64,000 nt of DNA from Candidatus Sysuiplasmataceae archaeon (lineage in GTDB: Archaea; Thermoplasmatota; Thermoplasmata; Sysuiplasmatales; Sysuiplasmataceae): the NCBI GenBank assembly GCA_046706185.1, contig JBJKPR010000002.1, positions 31,433-95,432 of the forward strand. The letters are read 5' to 3'. Position 1 is the stretch's first letter, and each line of letters starts with the position of its first letter. Of the stretch, positions 29,444-37,977 are shown piece by piece. The notes beneath the pieces were generated by a model that saw only the letters and a list, made by a program, of their open reading frames with translations, was not told the DNA's origin and did no database searches. The translations under genes and the position numbers were made by a program.

Positions 29444-30604
29444 TCATTGCCCGTTGATGTGCATGTCCGTTATCCTTGAATATAGCTCGCTGAGTGACCT
29501 GGCTGTCCTCTCCTTGGAGTAGCGCTCCGCGGTCATGCGTGCATTCTTCCTTATACGGGTGTCCGAAGAAAGTGCCCTGTCTATTGTTTCCGCCATGTTA
29601 TCCTGGAACTCGTTGAAAAGGAAGCCGTTCTCCCCGTCAACTATGAAGTCTGTGATCGCCCTGTAGTTTATGCTCACAACGGGTTTGCCGCACGACATTG
29701 CCTCCAGCATGGAGAGCCCCTGCGTTTCGAACTTCGAGGCGCTGATGAATGCGTCCGCAGCTGCGTAGTAGTCGACAAGCCGGCTGTCCGGAACAAAGCC
29801 TGTGAAGATGACCCTTTCCTGCAGCCCGAGGGAATGGACAAGCTGTTCCAGGTGCTTCCTCGCGGGTCCTTCGCCAACAATCATGAACCTGGCAGACCTG
29901 TCCCCGACCCTGCTGAGGTTACGTATAATCGAATCTATATTCTTCTCAAAGGCAACCCTTCCCACATAGAGTATCAGCGGAGAACTCCCTATTCCGTATC
30001 TTTCCCTGATGGCCGTGTCGCTGCTGACGGGCCTGAAACGGTTTGTGTCAACACCCGTGGGGATCACCGCTGTGTACGGCATTCTGGGCGCCATCCTGAC
30101 CAGCTCCTCGAGTATGGGGCGGGTCGGGACAACGACAGCATCCAGCCTGTTCAGAAAGAACCGCATATACCGAAGAGTAAGATTGACCAGCGTATTTGTT
30201 GGAAGGGGAAAGGGATTGTAGAAGTCTGCGGCCTCATGCATCATTGTGTGATATGTGGTGGCCACGGGCACGCCGAAGTGTCTTCCGGCTGAAAGACCCT
30301 TCATGCCCATGAATGTCATGCCGTGTGTGTGAATCAGGTCGACACCAAGCTTCCTCAATATCCTGTTCTTGTTGGATGGCAGGAAGGCATTCCTGTACTG
30401 GGGGTAGTGCCTGAACCTGAAGGACCTGAAATAGAATGTGCCGCCCTTGGTGATGTCCTGCACCCTCTCACCCTTGGAGGGTTCGGGCGCGAATATGAAC
30501 ACTTCATGGCCTATGCGCTCCAGCTCTCTGGAAACAGTCGAAAGAGAGGTGACGACACCATCTACAGCTGGGTAGTAGGAGTCGGTGAACATTGCTATCT
30601 TCAT
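29444..30604 (-). CDS. GT4-family glycosyltransferase
   Basis: N-terminal GT4 fold (MKIAMFTDSYYPAVDG) and C-terminal FISASKFETQGLSMLEAMSCGKPVV motif. Confidence 0.8.
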   Translation of the reverse strand: MKIAMFTDSYYPAVDGVVTSLSTVSRELERIGHEVFIFAPEPSKGERVQDITKGGTFYFRSFRFRHYPQYRNAFLPSNKNRILRKLGVDLIHTHGMTFMGMKGLSAGRHFGVPVATTYHTMMHEAADFYNPFPLPTNTLVNLTLRYMRFFLNRLDAVVVPTRPILEELVRMAPRMPYTAVIPTGVDTNRFRPVSSDTAIRERYGIGSSPLILYVGRVAFEKNIDSIIRNLSRVGDRSARFMIVGEGPARKHLEQLVHSLGLQERVIFTGFVPDSRLVDYYAAADAFISASKFETQGLSMLEAMSCGKPVVSINYRAITDFIVDGENGFLFNEFQDNMAETIDRALSSDTRIRKNARMTAERYSKERTARSLSELYSRITDMHINGQ

Positions 30605-31002
30605 TTAACCACTTCGTGCCACTATTATGACCTGGCGCAGTGAGAAATCGTGGCGGGGCTCCGCGGGAAGTTCATTGGCTGACGTGGAACAGGCAGCACG
30701 TAGGGATTATACCCGGTACGAGCATCTGGAGCCGCAACAGGGCCACGGGCTACTGCCATGAGGCATTCCTCAACGTGACACGACAGTCGCCGGCACGTGC
30801 ATCTTTTCCTGTAATCAGGACGTTTGACGATGGTATCCACAATAAGGGCATGCTGCCATTCATTGCGCAAACCGCAGGCGAGAAGATTTGGGCCGGCGTA
30901 TTTTAAGCTGTCGCTCTTACAGTTACAGGAGAGAGTGCCATTTGCATGCAACTGCATAGCACGCGCATGAGCGCCAGGCAGCGCCGATGCCCTTCCACGA
31001 TA

Positions 31003-31013
31003 GGGGGGGGGGG
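31003..31013. repeat. G11 homopolymer tract in a divergent intergenic region
   Basis: Eleven consecutive G residues, read directly from the sequence. Confidence 0.9.
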
Positions 31014-31125
31014 TGCGCATGCCGCAAGAAGATGTCGTGGAACGAAACAATATCGCATGAAATGCGAGGGCCAGTCGCATGGCGGCAACGAAGATATTAA
31101 ATCGAAAGGATGAATAACTCGTTTC

Positions 31126-31494
31126 GTGAAGGCTGAAGTGGGCCATATTGTGTTCGCATCCGGCTTCAGATACAGAGCATTGAAGGATGTTTTTCCCGAA
31201 CTGATGACAACCTTTCTACAGGAAACAGACCAGATGCCAGAGGAGAGGGAGATACTTGATATGTTCATTGAATTGAACATGCGTGATATCAGGTCAAACA
31301 GAAAGCCGGAGGGGTACAACAGGAGGGGAAGAATGCGCCTCATGTTCCCGATTGGTCGGAAGGAGATGTTCCTGGCAGGAAATTCCTCCAGCACGGAGGT
31401 TGTCAGGGTGACTGAAAAGATAAGCAAGTTGCTTCAGAAGAAAGGGATCAAGAACAGTCTGGAATGGGATGATGGGAGTTCGCCGAGGGTCTAA
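31126..31494 (+). CDS. hypothetical protein
   Basis: GTG-start 122-aa ORF with protein-like composition. 3' end overlaps the ligT stop by 4 nt on the opposite strand. Confidence 0.3.
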   Translation: MKAEVGHIVFASGFRYRALKDVFPELMTTFLQETDQMPEEREILDMFIELNMRDIRSNRKPEGYNRRGRMRLMFPIGRKEMFLAGNSSSTEVVRVTEKISKLLQKKGIKNSLEWDDGSSPRV

Positions 31495-32042
31495 GTCCTG
31501 AGCCTGGACACGTGCAGAGGTGTATGTATGGCTCCCCGGGGAGTGAGTTCGCTCTTCTTCAGGATGACCTCGTGCACTTCCTGACGCCCAAAACTGAAGT
31601 CGCCCCATTCATCAAAGAGCCTATCCAGCTTCCCCTGCTCGATCCTGCATTTTACCCTTGCAAGCGTCACATGGGGATGGAATACCCTTCTCTCGACCTC
31701 CATGCCAATCTTCGACAGCCTTTCCGAAAGCAGTGCGTTCAGCCTTGATGTCTCTCCGCCGTCTGCCACCCCAACCCAGATCACGGAGGGTCTGTGAGCG
31801 GAGGGGAATGCTCCCACCCCCCTGAACTCCACACTGAACCTTTCCATCAATGAGGCCACCTGGTCCATCTCCAAGGCGATCTTCTGGTTCAATGAAGGTT
31901 CCACCTCGCCGAGGAAATTGAGCGTGAGGTGCATCTCACCATGGCCAGCGCACCTGACGCACCTGTCTGAGAAGACATCGTGTCGAAGCAGCTCATGTAC
32001 AATGGAGCTGTCATCCATGTCAAAGGCGATGAATTCACGCAT
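31491..32042 (-). CDS. RNA 2',3'-cyclic phosphodiesterase (LigT/ThpR 2H phosphoesterase)
   Basis: Two HxT/Sx motifs (HLTLNFLGE and HVTLAR). Confidence 0.8.
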   Translation of the reverse strand: MREFIAFDMDDSSIVHELLRHDVFSDRCVRCAGHGEMHLTLNFLGEVEPSLNQKIALEMDQVASLMERFSVEFRGVGAFPSAHRPSVIWVGVADGGETSRLNALLSERLSKIGMEVERRVFHPHVTLARVKCRIEQGKLDRLFDEWGDFSFGRQEVHEVILKKSELTPRGAIHTPLHVSRLRT

Positions 32043-32204
32043 CGGGGCGGCAATTGGCCCGCCGTTGTATTAATCCAGCGGTCTATCGAGACGTTCTCAG
32101 GCTGTATTGCCCGGTCAAAGTCATGTATGAGGGGGCATCCTGTCCAAAAAAGGGCGCTAAACGACAAATAAGCACGAAATAAGTAAAATTTGTAAACTTA
32201 AAGT

Positions 32205-32236
32205 ATTGTTATATGACAAAAATATTAAATATAGCA
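32205..32236 (+). promoter_or_regulatory. AT-rich putative BRE/TATA region upstream of tfb
   Basis: ttgttatatgacaaaaatattaaatatag, the only strongly AT-rich block before tfb. It lies about 170 nt upstream of the GTG start. Confidence 0.25.
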
Positions 32237-32405
32237 AAAAATGATCAAAACCACAACCAAAGACAGCATATGGCGGTTGTCCGCTGCAGAGCTATATTCT
32301 GCGGGTGGACGGCTTTGATTGCAGGTTCAACGCCATGTCCCCGCAGTCGTTCGTGTATAGCGCAAGTCGAGCAGCCACCGTACACTGCCTCACGGACGTG
32401 AGAAA

Positions 32406-33353
32406 GTGGTCACACTAAACAAAACAAGAGAGAAGGTGGAGGTCGATGACATTGAATACTGCCCCGAGTGCAACAGCTCCCACCTGCAGGAGGACTATGA
32501 AAGGGGAGAGCTGGTTTGCGCTGACTGTGGACTTGTGGTGAGCGAGAACCTCATTGACCCCGGACAGGAGTGGAGGGGGTTCGACTCGGAGCAGAACGAA
32601 AGGAGGGCAAGAACTGGCGCTCCCGCCACATATACGGTCCACGACAAGGGCCTTTCCACCGAGATCTCCTGGAAGAATGTTGATATTTACGGCAAGAGTG
32701 TTCCAGCCAGGAACAAGCCGCAGCTCTACAGGATGAGAAAGTGGCAGAAGAGGCTCAGGGCTGCCAATGCAATTGAAAGGAACCTGATGGTGGCACTTGC
32801 CTCTATAGAAAGGATAAGCTCAAACATGGCATTGCCGAAGAACGCAAGGGAGGAGGCAGCCGTGATATACAGAAAAGCTGCAGCCAAGGACCTGATCAGG
32901 GGAAGGAGCATAGAAGGGGTCGTAGCTGCATCCATCTACGCAGCATCAAGGCAGCTGAACTTCCCGAGGGCGATAGAGGAGATCGCGAGGGCAAGCAGGG
33001 TGGGCAGGAAGGAGATCGGAAGGAACTACAGAACACTTGTAAGGGAGCTGAAGCTCTCCCTTCTACCGACCACGCCGCAGAATTACATATCGAGGTTCTG
33101 CAGTGAACTCAATCTCGGCACTGAAGTCGAGGCAAAGGCGCTTGATATACTCAAGGAGGTAGAGGAAAACTCCTCGACCGTGGGCAAGGGACCTACAGGC
33201 ATAGCTGCCGCAGCAATCTATATCGCGGCAATACTCAACGGCAAGAAGAGAACGCAGGAGGAGATTGCCAACATATCCGGCGTGACAGAGGTCACGCTGA
33301 GGAACAGGTTCAAGGACATAACCAACACGCTGCACCTCGGCACTGAGCTGTAG
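32406..33353 (+). CDS. tfb: transcription initiation factor IIB (TFB)
   Basis: N-terminal zinc ribbon CPEC...CADCG, B-finger, two cyclin-fold repeats, C-terminal HTH. Confidence 0.9.
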   Translation: MVTLNKTREKVEVDDIEYCPECNSSHLQEDYERGELVCADCGLVVSENLIDPGQEWRGFDSEQNERRARTGAPATYTVHDKGLSTEISWKNVDIYGKSVPARNKPQLYRMRKWQKRLRAANAIERNLMVALASIERISSNMALPKNAREEAAVIYRKAAAKDLIRGRSIEGVVAASIYAASRQLNFPRAIEEIARASRVGRKEIGRNYRTLVRELKLSLLPTTPQNYISRFCSELNLGTEVEAKALDILKEVEENSSTVGKGPTGIAAAAIYIAAILNGKKRTQEEIANISGVTEVTLRNRFKDITNTLHLGTEL

Positions 33354-33377
33354 GGAGGCAGATTGAAGGAGCAGCCC

Positions 33378-34295
33378 TCAGTGTGCTGCTCTCCGCCGGA
33401 GTGCTTCTGTAGCGTGAATACTGGCGAACCTGAGACGTTCGCCTGCTTCCTGGGAGCGAAGGATTGAATATGCATAGGCTGCAGTCCAGATGTCACCGGC
33501 TCCGGTCGTGGACGGGAGGCTGAGTGCTTTAGGGTGCACGGTGACGACACTGCCTTCGGCTGCTTCCATGCAAAGGGCAGCCGAATGGACACCCACCCTG
33601 GGCCCCATACCCGCGATGGCAAGGGCAGAACCTCTGATACTGGAATGCTCTTTTCCAAGCAGGCGGGAGGCGCTCATCACCTCGACTGGGCTTCCTGTCA
33701 CTATATCGCTCATTTCTATCGACCTCCTGAGACCTTCCGCATCCCTGAAATCCGATGCCGGGTCCGGGAGGTCCATCAGCCTCATTCCCCTGACAGAGGT
33801 AAATGCATGGATTGCGAGCTGCGGGCCGAGCCTGTTGTTGCTGAAATTGAAGACTGAAACAATGTCGAACTTCTTATTGTTCAGGGCGAGTGGAAAGTCA
33901 GCGCTTCCGAATTCTAGCAGCCTGCCTGGTGAGTTGATGTTCAAAGCGCTGTTCCACCGTGTTCCTGAAAATTCAAGAGCGACTGTCAGCGAAGGGTCAT
34001 GGCCCGTTTCCACGAAATCTGTTGAGAAGTCCAGGCCCCCGGTCTCCTTCCTCACCATATCAAGAAGAAGAGTGCTTGTCTTCGACACAAGCGTGACTGA
34101 GCAGCCAAGCCTTGCCATCTCGGACCCGAAGTTGTAAGCATTGCCGCCGGCAGACAGCCATTGACGGGCACGCATCCTCGTCCCCTTTGACATGGTTCTC
34201 CTCACCGAACGAATGAATGATTCGGGTTCATCGGACTGTACGGTATGATCCAGAAAGATATCTGGCATCGCAAGTACCCTGAATGTCTCACTCAT
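33378..34295 (-). CDS. PfkB-family carbohydrate/nucleoside kinase
   Basis: TTGAGDIWTAAY anion-hole/DTxGAGD motif. Start taken at MSETFRV. Confidence 0.6.
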   Translation of the reverse strand: MSETFRVLAMPDIFLDHTVQSDEPESFIRSVRRTMSKGTRMRARQWLSAGGNAYNFGSEMARLGCSVTLVSKTSTLLLDMVRKETGGLDFSTDFVETGHDPSLTVALEFSGTRWNSALNINSPGRLLEFGSADFPLALNNKKFDIVSVFNFSNNRLGPQLAIHAFTSVRGMRLMDLPDPASDFRDAEGLRRSIEMSDIVTGSPVEVMSASRLLGKEHSSIRGSALAIAGMGPRVGVHSAALCMEAAEGSVVTVHPKALSLPSTTGAGDIWTAAYAYSILRSQEAGERLRFASIHATEALRRRAAH

Positions 34296-34436
34296 GAGAG
34301 TTCCAGCCGCGCACTGCAATGGCAATCCCGTTCTCATCAAATAAGCCTTCAGCAGGACCGGATGCGATTATCTCACGCCTTTTCCCCGCAAAAGAATTTA
34401 AAATGATGCACACTAACCTCAGGCTGGTGCTGCAAA

Positions 34437-34877
34437 TTGAGGCTCCTATTCATTCACGCGGACAAGATGTCCTATGAAGTCAAATCAAAAACGAAGGCCG
34501 CAGAGGACATACAAGACAGCGAGAGAAAAGGTTCGATGGATGAGGTGCTTGTATGCTTTACCGCCGTCGAGAAGGGGGACGCAGCAAAAGGGAAGCCGCT
34601 GATTGAGAAGGCCATGGAAAACATAAGGGAAGTCGCCAGCACAGTAAAGGCAGAGAACCTGATGATTTACCCTTACGCCCACCTTTCATCCTCCCTTGCC
34701 CCTCCTGCCGAGGCGGTCGGAGTTCTCAAGGATATCGAGAAGCTGGCGGCAGAGGAGTTCCACACGAAGAGGTCTCCATTCGGATGGTACAAGGCATTCA
34801 CAATCACCTGCAAGGGCCACCCGCTTTCAGAGCTGTCGAGACAGGTCGTTGTCGAAGGGCAGGAGGGGATGAAGTAA
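34437..34877 (+). CDS. thrS: threonyl-tRNA synthetase N-terminal editing domain (archaeal D-Tyr-tRNA deacylase-like), ending at an in-frame TAA
   Basis: Archaeal ThrRS editing-domain features (MRLLFIHAD..., FHTKRSPFGWYKAF). Same frame as the downstream catalytic ORF, with a single TAA between them. Confidence 0.7.
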   Translation: MRLLFIHADKMSYEVKSKTKAAEDIQDSERKGSMDEVLVCFTAVEKGDAAKGKPLIEKAMENIREVASTVKAENLMIYPYAHLSSSLAPPAEAVGVLKDIEKLAAEEFHTKRSPFGWYKAFTITCKGHPLSELSRQVVVEGQEGMK

Positions 34878-34964
34878 GGGGAGGACTGGGACTTCGTCCT
34901 GACTAGGGAGGAGAGGTTTGTCAGGCCGGAGGACTACAGGCCCGAAAGCAAATGTTTTGAATCC

Positions 34965-36278
34965 ATGCTCAGGAAGGAGGCTCTCAAGGAGCAGGTAGGA
35001 AGCAGCGAGGCTCCTGAATACCTCAAACTGTGCAGGAAATTCGGTATCTCATGGGAGAGGATGAGCGACATAGGGCACGAGGTGTACCACCCTGCCGCTG
35101 CGTTGATATTCGACCTAAGCGCCGACTATGCAAAACAGGTTGTCACAAGCTTCGGTCTCTCTGTTTTCTCAGTCAAGGGCACCAACATGTTCAATCTCTC
35201 TGAACCTGCTGTGAGAGAGCATGCAGAGCTGTTCGGTGACAGGCTCTATACAATTGAGTCTGACAACAGGGACTTTGTCCTCAGATATGCGGCCTGCCAC
35301 CAGCAGTTCTCGATGATGAGCGGCTGGAACATCAGCTACAGACAGATGCCTGTTTCCGCCTTCGAGATAGCTGATGCATACAGGTACGAGCAGTCTGGCG
35401 AGACAATGCTTCTCTTCAGGCTAAGGCGGCTCAACATGCCTGACCTGCATGTGCTGTGCAGAGACATAAAGGAGGCGTACCGGTGGTTTACGACCATTCA
35501 CAGGCAGGTGTACAGCGAAGTTACGAAGATCGGCACAGACTATGAGATGCTGATCAATGTCAGCTCGGGCAGGGCATTTGAGGAAAACAGGCAATTCATA
35601 CTCTCGCTCCTGAATGAAAGGAACAAAGACTGCCTGATACATGTCTACCCTGAGGGTGCCAATTTCTACTGGACAGTAAACATAGAATATCATCTCCTTG
35701 ACCAGATGGGAAGGGCGAGGGAGGTGGGCACGGTCCAGATCGACGTCGGGAATGCAAAGCGTTTCAATATCACCTATGCCGACGAGCAGGGAAAAAAGCA
35801 ATATCCGATCATACTGCACACTGCGATTGTCGGTACTATCGAGAGGTTCATGTACGCCCTGTTCGACCAGGCCCTCCAGAGGGCTGAAAAGACAGGGAAG
35901 CCTGGATACCTTCCCTACTGGATATCCCCCGAACAGGTGAGGCTTCTGCCAATAACGGACAGGCATCTCACGAGAGCGAAGGAGATTGCCTCGGAGATGA
36001 CAAAGCACAAAGTAAGGGCTGGCATAGATGACAGGCCGCTGACGATCTCGAAAAAGGTACGGGAGGCCAAGCAGGACTGGGTCAGCTACGTGATCGTTAT
36101 TGGTGACAGGGAACTCGAAGGTAATGCAATCAAAGTATACGACAGGGAAAGTGACAGCAACAGGGACATGACGGTCCAGGAGCTCCTTTCGGAGTGCGGC
36201 GCAAGGCAGGATGACTACCCTTTCAAGCCGCTCTACCTGCCCGCGGAGCTGTCGAAGAGAGTTGATTTCTCCCTGTAA
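34965..36278 (+). CDS. thrS: threonyl-tRNA synthetase catalytic and anticodon-binding domains
   Basis: Class II motifs (FRLRRLNMPDLH and HTAIVGTIERFM) and a C-terminal anticodon-binding domain. In frame with the upstream editing-domain ORF. Confidence 0.85.
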   Translation: MLRKEALKEQVGSSEAPEYLKLCRKFGISWERMSDIGHEVYHPAAALIFDLSADYAKQVVTSFGLSVFSVKGTNMFNLSEPAVREHAELFGDRLYTIESDNRDFVLRYAACHQQFSMMSGWNISYRQMPVSAFEIADAYRYEQSGETMLLFRLRRLNMPDLHVLCRDIKEAYRWFTTIHRQVYSEVTKIGTDYEMLINVSSGRAFEENRQFILSLLNERNKDCLIHVYPEGANFYWTVNIEYHLLDQMGRAREVGTVQIDVGNAKRFNITYADEQGKKQYPIILHTAIVGTIERFMYALFDQALQRAEKTGKPGYLPYWISPEQVRLLPITDRHLTRAKEIASEMTKHKVRAGIDDRPLTISKKVREAKQDWVSYVIVIGDRELEGNAIKVYDRESDSNRDMTVQELLSECGARQDDYPFKPLYLPAELSKRVDFSL

Positions 36279-37028
36279 TCAGAAGAGGAACGAGCCGCCC
36301 GATACGCTCACCGTCGAGCCGTTTACGTATGATGCCTCTTCAGAGGCAAGGAAAAGGACGGCTGACGCAACATCCTCCGGCTCGCCAATCCTCCTCGAAG
36401 GAATCTGGGAGGCGATTTCAGCCAGCTGTTCTTCGGTGTAGTTGTCCAGTATCCTTGTCCTGATTGATCCGGGGGCAACCATGTTCACTGTGATGCCGAA
36501 GGGCCCGAGCTCCAGTGCAAGGGATCTGGTGAAACCTATCATGCCGGCCTTCGATGCAGCATAATGGGCGCCGTGCCTGGAGCCTTTGAATGCAAGTTGT
36601 GATGTTATGTTGATTATCCTGCCGTAATGCTGCTCCTTCATGAGAGGGACAGCCTCGCTTGTGCAAAGGAAGACGCTGTCAAGGTTGTTGGACAGAGTTC
36701 TCCTCCAGCTTCCGAAGTCTATTGCACCGAACTGGCTCCTTTCATAGATGCCAGCGTTGTTCACAAGAACATCTAGCCTCCCCCACCTCTCCCTTATGCT
36801 GGAAATCATGCTTCTGACGCTCTCCTGGTCGGAGACGTCCGCCCTGTAGAGAAACACGCTTGACTCATCGGTGCCTTCGTCACGGATCGAGCTCAGGAGA
36901 GAGTTCGCTCCACTTTCGTTTCCAAGATAGTTGATGCAAATAGAGAAACCGGCTGAGGAAAGGCTGTGGGCTATCGCTCTTCCGATTCCCCTGGAAGCAC
37001 CGGTAACAAGTGCTGTCCTGTTCACCAT
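36279..37028 (-). CDS. SDR-family oxidoreductase (3-oxoacyl-ACP reductase-like)
   Basis: TGASRGIG cofactor motif, NNAG, YxxxK catalytic (YAASKAG). Confidence 0.85.
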   Translation of the reverse strand: MVNRTALVTGASRGIGRAIAHSLSSAGFSICINYLGNESGANSLLSSIRDEGTDESSVFLYRADVSDQESVRSMISSIRERWGRLDVLVNNAGIYERSQFGAIDFGSWRRTLSNNLDSVFLCTSEAVPLMKEQHYGRIINITSQLAFKGSRHGAHYAASKAGMIGFTRSLALELGPFGITVNMVAPGSIRTRILDNYTEEQLAEIASQIPSRRIGEPEDVASAVLFLASEEASYVNGSTVSVSGGSFLF

Positions 37029-37054
37029 GCCTCAAAATAACCCTGATGGCGTAA

Positions 37055-37798
37055 TTAGATTTGTGCACGGGCGGTAACGGATCTCACTGGTGTCTCCCCG
37101 GCTGAATAGGAGACGACCTCCCTGCCGCCGACTGCGGCTTCAACCAGGGAAGGGAGGTCGAATTTGCCCTCCTCGGCTTCGACCTTCCCCACCTCCGTAT
37201 GGGTGGAGGGGTTGCCAATTGAGAAGAGGGTGCAGCAGTCTTCATGCGGCCTGATTGATATTTCGAATGTCCCTATTGCCTTCGCTATGTCGATGATCTC
37301 CGTTTTGTCGAAGCCGATAAGAGGCCTGAGCAACGGCATTGAAACAGACTGCTCGACTGTGGAAATGTTTGAGAGCGTCTGAGAGGAGACCTGGCCAAGG
37401 CTGTCTCCTGTCACTATGAAGGAGGCGCCGCTCTCCTCGGCTATCTTTTCCGCGATCATTGCCATCGCACGCCTGTACATGACAATTCTCAGATTATTGG
37501 CAGTGTTCCTGAATATGCTCTCCTGTATGTCGAGGAACGGAACAAGATGCAGCCGGCCCCCTCCCTGCAGTGGCAGAAGCACTGCTGCAAGTTCCCTGGC
37601 CTTTTCGATCGCTGAGCTGCACGAGAAAGGATAGCTGTGAAAATGGACGAGTTCGACCCTGAGGCCGGACCTCATGCTCATCCATGTGGCAACTGGCGAA
37701 TCGATACCGCCCGAAAGCAGGCAAACAGCACCCGGGCCACTCCCGGGATGGACGGGCTTAACAGCAGATGATGTCTGGACCTCGATGAAATGCTTCAT
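37055..37798 (-). CDS. ThiI-like PP-loop ATP pyrophosphatase (tRNA 4-thiouridine/thiamine sulfur-transfer family), short form without THUMP domain
   Basis: SGGIDSPVA PP-loop and conserved ThiI C-terminal region. Only about 180 bp of noncoding DNA lies upstream, so no THUMP domain is encoded. Confidence 0.65.
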   Translation of the reverse strand: MKHFIEVQTSSAVKPVHPGSGPGAVCLLSGGIDSPVATWMSMRSGLRVELVHFHSYPFSCSSAIEKARELAAVLLPLQGGGRLHLVPFLDIQESIFRNTANNLRIVMYRRAMAMIAEKIAEESGASFIVTGDSLGQVSSQTLSNISTVEQSVSMPLLRPLIGFDKTEIIDIAKAIGTFEISIRPHEDCCTLFSIGNPSTHTEVGKVEAEEGKFDLPSLVEAAVGGREVVSYSAGETPVRSVTARAQI

Positions 37799-37977
37799 CC
37801 TGTGCGGGAGTTAGCGTGCGGGGATGATTAACTTTTCGGTGGGGAATACCCAGCAACATGACGCTGGCGGGCGCCTGGAACTGTCAGACAATTGGCGTAC
37901 AAAAACAGCATTTCCGCCTCAAAATGTAGAAAGATTTATAACTTCATCCTGAGTTAAGGGTTTTCAGGGATGCACTT

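Noticed and set aside
34878-34964. Treating the thrS gap as ordinary intergenic spacer
   Set aside because: The 87 nt are in frame with both flanking ORFs, contain no further stop, and translate to a plausible linker. A single-codon interruption is the simpler reading.
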